A stretch of DNA of 62,150 nucleotides, filler included, from Bacteriovoracaceae bacterium (GTDB lineage: Bacteria; Bdellovibrionota; Bacteriovoracia; Bacteriovoracales; Bacteriovoracaceae): assembly GCA_018649885.1 (NCBI GenBank). It is 3 parts of 3 records of this genome, joined end to end, with 100 filler letters (N's around TTAATTAATTAA, not from the genome) between each part and the next. Parts side by side here need not be neighbours in the genome. Positions count along the whole stretch, not along the records: positions 30,738 to 62,150 come from JABIHA010000071.1; 2 more parts are not named here. One strand, given 5' to 3'. The notes under the pieces were generated by a model. The model was not told the DNA's origin and did not search any database. It was given only the letters and a program-made list of their open reading frames with translations. Positions 57,124 through 62,150 of the stretch are shown one piece after another (within the stretch, counting starts at the first letter, position 1; the number at the start of each line of letters is the position of its first letter). The position numbers and the translations under genes were made by a program.

Positions 57124-58545
57124 ATGACCAAGAAAAGCTATCAAAGTATTATTTTAAGCGATCTCCATCTTTCAGATGCTGAACCAGAACACCCCAAAAA
57201 TCCTCTATGGAAACTCTTTAGGCAAAAACAATTTTTCATTGATCAGGAATTCGAAGGCCTGCTTGACCAGCTCCTAAAGCAAGTCGAAGGGCCAATAGAG
57301 TTAATTCTCAATGGAGATATTTTTGATTTTGATTCCGTCATGTCGCTTCCAGAAAATGGTGAGTTTCCTTACAGTGCTCATGAAAGAAGGAGAGGACTTG
57401 ATTCAGGACAACACAAATCAGTTTTTAAAATTCAAAAAATACTAGAAGATCACAATATTTGGGTAGATGCTTTAAAACGATTTTTGGACCACGGTCATAG
57501 GATTGTATTTATTATTGGAAACCATGACCTTGAACTCCATTGGCCAAAAGTTCAAAAGAAATTGATTAGAACTCTTGGCAGAGATGAAAATGAATGTGAT
57601 TCAGTCGTTTTTTGTGAATGGTTTTACATTTGTGGAGATGACACACTTGTAGAACACGGAAACCAATACGATCCCTATTGCCTATGTGCCAACCCAATCA
57701 ATCCTCTTATTATAAAAAAGAGAAAGAAAATTATTGTGAGACTTCCCTTTGGCAATTTGGCCAATAAGTATATGGTCAATGGCATGGGTCTTAAAAATCC
57801 CCACAGCGATCAGGCCTATGTAATGAACCTTTGGGGTTTTGTTAAATATTTCTTTAAGTATGAGGTAAAAGTCCAGCCACTACTGATCTGGACTTGGTTT
57901 ACTGGTGCCCTCAGAACTTTCTTTGTCTATACTTTAGAAGGATGGCTTCCTCCTATTAAAGATCCCCTATCCATTGAAGCCAGAATTGCCAAGATGGCCG
58001 AAAAGGCCAACTCCACCCCACAAAAGATAAGACTTCTTAGAGAGTTTCATGCCCACCCAGCAGCCTACAAACCATTTATGGTGCTTCGTGAGTTGTGGCT
58101 AGATCGTGCTTTCTTTCTGATTTTTATTTTATGGGGCTGCTTTCAGTTTTACTCAACCTCAAATTTGATAATTGATGTTTCAGGCTGGTGGTTCTTCGTA
58201 CCTGTATTTTTGTGCCTCCCCTTCTTTACTTACTACGCAAGTGGCGTTTTTTCTGATGTCAGGGCCCACGCCAAAGAAGCAGAATTTAAAATCCCTCAAC
58301 TCGCCAAGGCAATGGAAGTAAAACGGGTTATCCAAGGTCACACTCATATTTTGGCCAATAAATTGGTCGGTGACGTTCAATATATCAACACTGGAGCATG
58401 GACTCCATTATTTCATGACGCCGAATGCTCCAAGGCCTACGGCCGTAAGCCATTTGCATGGATCACCCAAAACGCGGACGGCACTAGTAGCGCTGAACTC
58501 CACCAATGGAAAGATGGGAAAATAATCAAAATAGAGCAGCTTTAG
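57124..58545 (+). CDS. Metallophosphoesterase (LpxH-like) with TM insertion
   Basis: SDLHL, NGDIFDF, GNHD, EHGNQYD, GHTH and YINTG motifs. ATG at 57124 (ORF track 57091). Confidence 0.85.
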   Translation: MTKKSYQSIILSDLHLSDAEPEHPKNPLWKLFRQKQFFIDQEFEGLLDQLLKQVEGPIELILNGDIFDFDSVMSLPENGEFPYSAHERRRGLDSGQHKSVFKIQKILEDHNIWVDALKRFLDHGHRIVFIIGNHDLELHWPKVQKKLIRTLGRDENECDSVVFCEWFYICGDDTLVEHGNQYDPYCLCANPINPLIIKKRKKIIVRLPFGNLANKYMVNGMGLKNPHSDQAYVMNLWGFVKYFFKYEVKVQPLLIWTWFTGALRTFFVYTLEGWLPPIKDPLSIEARIAKMAEKANSTPQKIRLLREFHAHPAAYKPFMVLRELWLDRAFFLIFILWGCFQFYSTSNLIIDVSGWWFFVPVFLCLPFFTYYASGVFSDVRAHAKEAEFKIPQLAKAMEVKRVIQGHTHILANKLVGDVQYINTGAWTPLFHDAECSKAYGRKPFAWITQNADGTSSAELHQWKDGKIIKIEQL

Positions 58546-58692
58546 CTAAAGACCCTTCTAAAAACAAGACTTTACCCCCCTAAAATCTAATGTCTAAGTA
58601 ATGTTCACCCCCTGAAAGTTCTTCTAAAAGAGCCTAATCAATTTATATTTAGAGTAAAATGGGAGGGTACGTTTTATAATTTTAGGGAGTCA

Positions 58693-59853
58693 ATGATGAC
58701 ATATCTTCTTGCTATTTTGATAGTTTTTGCCAATATCACACACGGACTGAGTGCCGAAAACCTGCCTATTGTGGATCAAAATTATCTCTATAGTGCTGAA
58801 CTTGTATACGATCAAAACCAAATTCTTCTAAAAAAGGCCAAAGAACCAGAAGTCATAAAAGTTGTCACTTACAACTTAGGACTTCTCTCACCATTTGGAA
58901 GACTTTTTGAACTTGTACCATTCTACCCTGAAAGATCAAAGGCACTTAAAAGTGTTCTTACTAGTTTTATCACTAGAGAAAATCCAAGTATCATCTCTCT
59001 CCAAGAGCTCTGGTACAGAAGAGATATGAGAACCGTTCAAAAAATAGCGAATGATTTAGGGTATCATTTGGCCACTACGAAAAAACGAGTTATTCATCAC
59101 AGTGGCACTCAAGTGCTTATTAAAAAAGACCTAGTAAAGGGTAATGTTGATTGTGAATTCTTGAGATTTAGAAAAGAATTTGGAATGGACCCAAGAGTAT
59201 TTTTTGAAAAAGCTAGTTTCACTTGGAGAGGTATTCACTACTGTGATATCCGGACTAAAAAAGGAAACAGAATTCACCTTGCCGATGCCCACTTTACCCC
59301 ACTACTGGGAAGGGGTACCAATATGAGGCAAATGCAACTCAAAATGACTGATGACATGCTCTTTGATAGGGCCGAAGCTGGTGACTATGCAATTATTGGA
59401 GCTGACTTCAATCTCTCTCCCTATTTTGTAAATGCTCCCCATGAGTTCAATAATGAGGAGTGGCTAGACAATGCTGCTCTATTTAGCGACTTCATTCAAG
59501 ATTCAGGAATGATTGATACATATATAGCCTCTGAGAAATTAGATGAATTATACACACCACTTAGACATTATGGTTACACCCAGAATAATCAAGTTAACTT
59601 AGTGGCCCATATGGGAGCCATTACCAATGTGGAGCCCGATCAAAGAATTGATTTTATTTTTATTGGGAAAAAACAACGCTTAGATTTTGGTCAAAAAGGA
59701 TTTTCAGTTTCAAATACAAAAATTGTACTCACTGAGAAAGTTGTGCATATTGAAAGAAAGCACTGTAAAAAACGTGGTGTGAAATGCCCTAAATCATTTG
59801 ATGTTGAACTATCGGATCATTATGGGGTGATGTCTACAATTAACCTACACTAA
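58693..59853 (+). CDS. Secreted endonuclease/exonuclease/phosphatase (EEP) family protein
   Basis: VVTYNL, SLQEL, GADFN, RIDFIF and LSDHYGV. Confidence 0.9.
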   Translation: MMTYLLAILIVFANITHGLSAENLPIVDQNYLYSAELVYDQNQILLKKAKEPEVIKVVTYNLGLLSPFGRLFELVPFYPERSKALKSVLTSFITRENPSIISLQELWYRRDMRTVQKIANDLGYHLATTKKRVIHHSGTQVLIKKDLVKGNVDCEFLRFRKEFGMDPRVFFEKASFTWRGIHYCDIRTKKGNRIHLADAHFTPLLGRGTNMRQMQLKMTDDMLFDRAEAGDYAIIGADFNLSPYFVNAPHEFNNEEWLDNAALFSDFIQDSGMIDTYIASEKLDELYTPLRHYGYTQNNQVNLVAHMGAITNVEPDQRIDFIFIGKKQRLDFGQKGFSVSNTKIVLTEKVVHIERKHCKKRGVKCPKSFDVELSDHYGVMSTINLH

Positions 59854-59854
59854 G

Positions 59855-60535
59855 TCATGTGATAATGGGGTCCCAATATTTCTTTAAGGATTCCATATTA
59901 CTATTGAGTTCAATATCTATCATTTGAGCAAAGGTATTGAGAATGACAAGAGCATTCTTCCCTGCATCTTCTTTTGCAATGGAGCGCACCCTCTCAAGAA
60001 TTCCACTATTAACCTTTTGCACTTCTTCATAGAATAATTGAATCCCACTCAATTTCAGAGGTAAATTAGGATCCTTAAAATATTCCAGCATTAAAAAATT
60101 TGTACAGGTTCTTATCATTGTTTCATCAAGCGTTGCAAAGGGCAGATGAAATCTCGCCATAGGTCTTAGAAAATCAAGATGTGGACAACCACTTGTGGCC
60201 ATCACCACTCCAAAAACAGAAAAGAGCCCATCTTGCAGGGAGGTCTTTTTATAATAAGTTCTCTCTGGAGTTTCCACATAGACATCTGTTTTTTCAAAAC
60301 TAGGCATATCATTAAATTTGACTACTATATCTTGTAGATTGGCCGCAACTGGACAATGTGAATTGTTCATAACAGCTAGTGGACAGTTAGAACATTGATG
60401 GAAACCTAGCTCAGTCCACTGAAGTAATTCCCGAATTTCTACTTGATACAAAAAACTAGTGTCATGCAAATCAATCGTAATTAAATTTGCTTTTTCATCT
60501 CTGTCTGGCAATCTGAATGCATAGGTGATTTTCAT
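59855..60535 (-). CDS. DUF6901-like hypothetical protein
   Basis: WTEL.FHQCSNCPL..CPVA and MATSGCPHLDFLRPMARFHLPFA. Confidence 0.7.
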   Translation of the reverse strand: MKITYAFRLPDRDEKANLITIDLHDTSFLYQVEIRELLQWTELGFHQCSNCPLAVMNNSHCPVAANLQDIVVKFNDMPSFEKTDVYVETPERTYYKKTSLQDGLFSVFGVVMATSGCPHLDFLRPMARFHLPFATLDETMIRTCTNFLMLEYFKDPNLPLKLSGIQLFYEEVQKVNSGILERVRSIAKEDAGKNALVILNTFAQMIDIELNSNMESLKKYWDPIIT

Positions 60536-60649
60536 TTACTCATTTTATCAGAAAAGTCAGAAGTCTCAACTACAACATCGCTAATGCCTGAGTAAAAGAA
60601 TCCTTCATTTTCCACACTATCACCCAATGATTTGAGTTAAAATAACTGG

Positions 60650-61930
60650 GTGAAAACAACTTCTCCCTTTCATACTCTAATTAAGCCAATTGGTGCAAAG
60701 TGTAACCTCGATTGCAGCTATTGTTTTTACCTTGAAAAGGAAAATCTCTACAGTAAGAAATCTGATTTTAAACTCACTCAGGAAATACTAGAGAAATTTA
60801 TTCCTGAGTATATTGAGGCAAATTATCAGTTATCAAACGAAGTTAACTTTGGCTGGCAAGGGGGAGAGCCAACCCTAAGAGGTCTTGATTTTTTTGAAGA
60901 AGCGATTCTCATACAAACAAAATATCAGCGCCCTGGGCTTACCATTACAAATTCCATTCAAACAAATGGAGTTTTAATAGATGATAAATGGGCAAAGTTT
61001 TTGAAAGAAAACCAATTTCTTGTTGGTATTAGTATTGATGGCCCCGAGGATCTTCACGATCTCTACAGAGTTGATAAGGCAGGAAAAGGAAGTTTTAAAG
61101 CTGTAGAGTCTGCAATAAAACTTCTAACACAATTTGGAGTTGAGTTTAATACACTTACTGTTGTTAACTCTGTGAATGCTGAGCATCCTCAAAGAGTATA
61201 TGACCATTTAAAATCTACCGGCTCAAAATTTATTCAGTTTATTCCTATTGTTGACATGGCCGAATACCAAAATCCATGCGAAATGATCTCTGGACAATCA
61301 AAAAGAGTACTCCCCCATAGTGTTTCTCCAAAAAAGTGGGGAGAATTTCTCATGGGCGTTTTTAGTAGTTGGATAAAATCACGTGACGTAGGTGAAATAT
61401 TCATCCAACAATTTGATATGCGCCTGGCAACCATGATGGATTATCCAGCAACGATTTGTGTTCATGCCAAATATTGTGGTCGATCAGTGGCGATGGAGCA
61501 CAATGGAGATATTTATAGCTGTGATCACTATGTAAGTGAGGATTACTTATTAGGTAATATTGAAAAAGATCAATTAGCAGATATGGTGAATTCAGAATTT
61601 CAAAACAAATTCGGCTTTGATAAATTCGACACTCTTCCCACTCAGTGTTTAAAATGTGAATTCCTCAAAAGTTGTTATGGCACCTGTCCCAAAGACAGAA
61701 TATTAACGACGAAGGATGGCGATGAAAATCTCGCCTACCTATGCAGGGGATACATAGATTTTTTCACCCAAACTAAACCTACTTTTATGAAAATGAAAAA
61801 AGCAATTGAAAGTGGTGGTTTGGCATCTGATATTCTAGAGGAAGGTAAAAAGAGCACACAAAAAATATCAAAAAATGATCCTTGTCCCTGTGGTTCAAAG
61901 AAGCAATTTAAGCGTTGTTGTGGAAAGTAG
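60650..61930 (+). CDS. Anaerobic sulfatase maturase (radical SAM/SPASM) with C-terminal SEC-C motif
   Basis: KPIGAKCNLDCSYCFY, WQGGEP, SPASM Cys (YSCDHY, CLKC..C.GTCP) and NDPCPCGSKKQFKRCCG. Confidence 0.93.
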   Translation: MKTTSPFHTLIKPIGAKCNLDCSYCFYLEKENLYSKKSDFKLTQEILEKFIPEYIEANYQLSNEVNFGWQGGEPTLRGLDFFEEAILIQTKYQRPGLTITNSIQTNGVLIDDKWAKFLKENQFLVGISIDGPEDLHDLYRVDKAGKGSFKAVESAIKLLTQFGVEFNTLTVVNSVNAEHPQRVYDHLKSTGSKFIQFIPIVDMAEYQNPCEMISGQSKRVLPHSVSPKKWGEFLMGVFSSWIKSRDVGEIFIQQFDMRLATMMDYPATICVHAKYCGRSVAMEHNGDIYSCDHYVSEDYLLGNIEKDQLADMVNSEFQNKFGFDKFDTLPTQCLKCEFLKSCYGTCPKDRILTTKDGDENLAYLCRGYIDFFTQTKPTFMKMKKAIESGGLASDILEEGKKSTQKISKNDPCPCGSKKQFKRCCGK

Positions 61931-62010
61931 GGATTTTTAACCTTTTACTTTTACTTTTCCTTTGACTTGGCCTTGGCAGTTGCCCTTGCCCTCCCAGCAA
62001 AAAAAATTTG

Positions 62011-62150
62011 GGTCCATTCTCGACACATACTTTACATTTTATTCTCGATACATGGTTTACACTTTTTAAGGTACTGCAAACAAAGGGGGTTGCATGCCTT
62101 GGAAGGAATCTTCGGTTATGAATGAAAGAATGAAATTCGTTATGAGAGCA
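62011..62150 (+). mobile_element. Left end of an IS481-like insertion sequence (continues beyond the window)
   Basis: Two 21-bp direct repeats, ATTCTCGACACATACTTTACA (62016) and ATTCTCGATACATGGTTTACA (62041), then a GGGGG RBS and a transposase-like start. Confidence 0.7.
62094..62150 (+). CDS. IS481-family transposase N-terminus (partial)
   Basis: MPWKESSVMNERMKFVMRA resembles the MPW..SVM.ER..FV start of IS481-family transposases. Not in the ORF track. Confidence 0.7.
   Translation, partial: MPWKESSVMNERMKFVMRA

Noticed and set aside
58547..58632. Short direct repeats (CTTCTAAAA; ACCCCC..AAA) upstream of the EEP gene
   Set aside because: Too short and irregular to distinguish from chance.
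329..61434. Many 60-135 aa ORFs nested antisense or out of frame within confident genes (e.g. 17951-18346, 31451-31828, 49557-49961)
   Set aside because: They are fully overlapped by well-supported CDSs and have shadow-like composition.

Overview
AT-rich bacterial scaffold segment with two 100-bp assembly gaps carrying a TTAATTAATTAA spacer. Gene content suggests a predatory Bdellovibrionota genome, Bacteriovorax/Halobacteriovorax-like (inference): a Glt/Agl gliding operon, a TIGR02147/DUF4423-type regulator, a GNGG-motif secreted protein and long-N-terminus HNH genes. From left to right: the 3' part of gor; an imuB-dnaE2 mutagenesis cassette without imuA, whose sigma70 promoter spacer is an inverted repeat (candidate SOS box); a tcdA-tatD-sufE operon; a 167-bp hairpin element; a TIGR02147 regulator module with a repeated GAAACA-N3-TGTTTC site; an MFS transporter; a roughly 11-kb gliding-motility operon led by an Asp-repeat VWA adhesin; bamB/yfgM-like genes and two outer membrane proteins; two tandem HNH genes; secreted hydrolases; a 6-gene acyl-CoA/redox operon; an ArsR regulator; a candidate structured ncRNA; an LRR protein; GST; a highly cationic repeat protein; a YeeE/YedE pair; an ECF sigma/anti-sigma/S41 protease module; an anaerobic sulfatase maturase; and the left end of an IS481-like element at the window edge. 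No rRNA, tRNA or CRISPR array was recognised. All family calls come from reading motifs by eye; no database searches were run.
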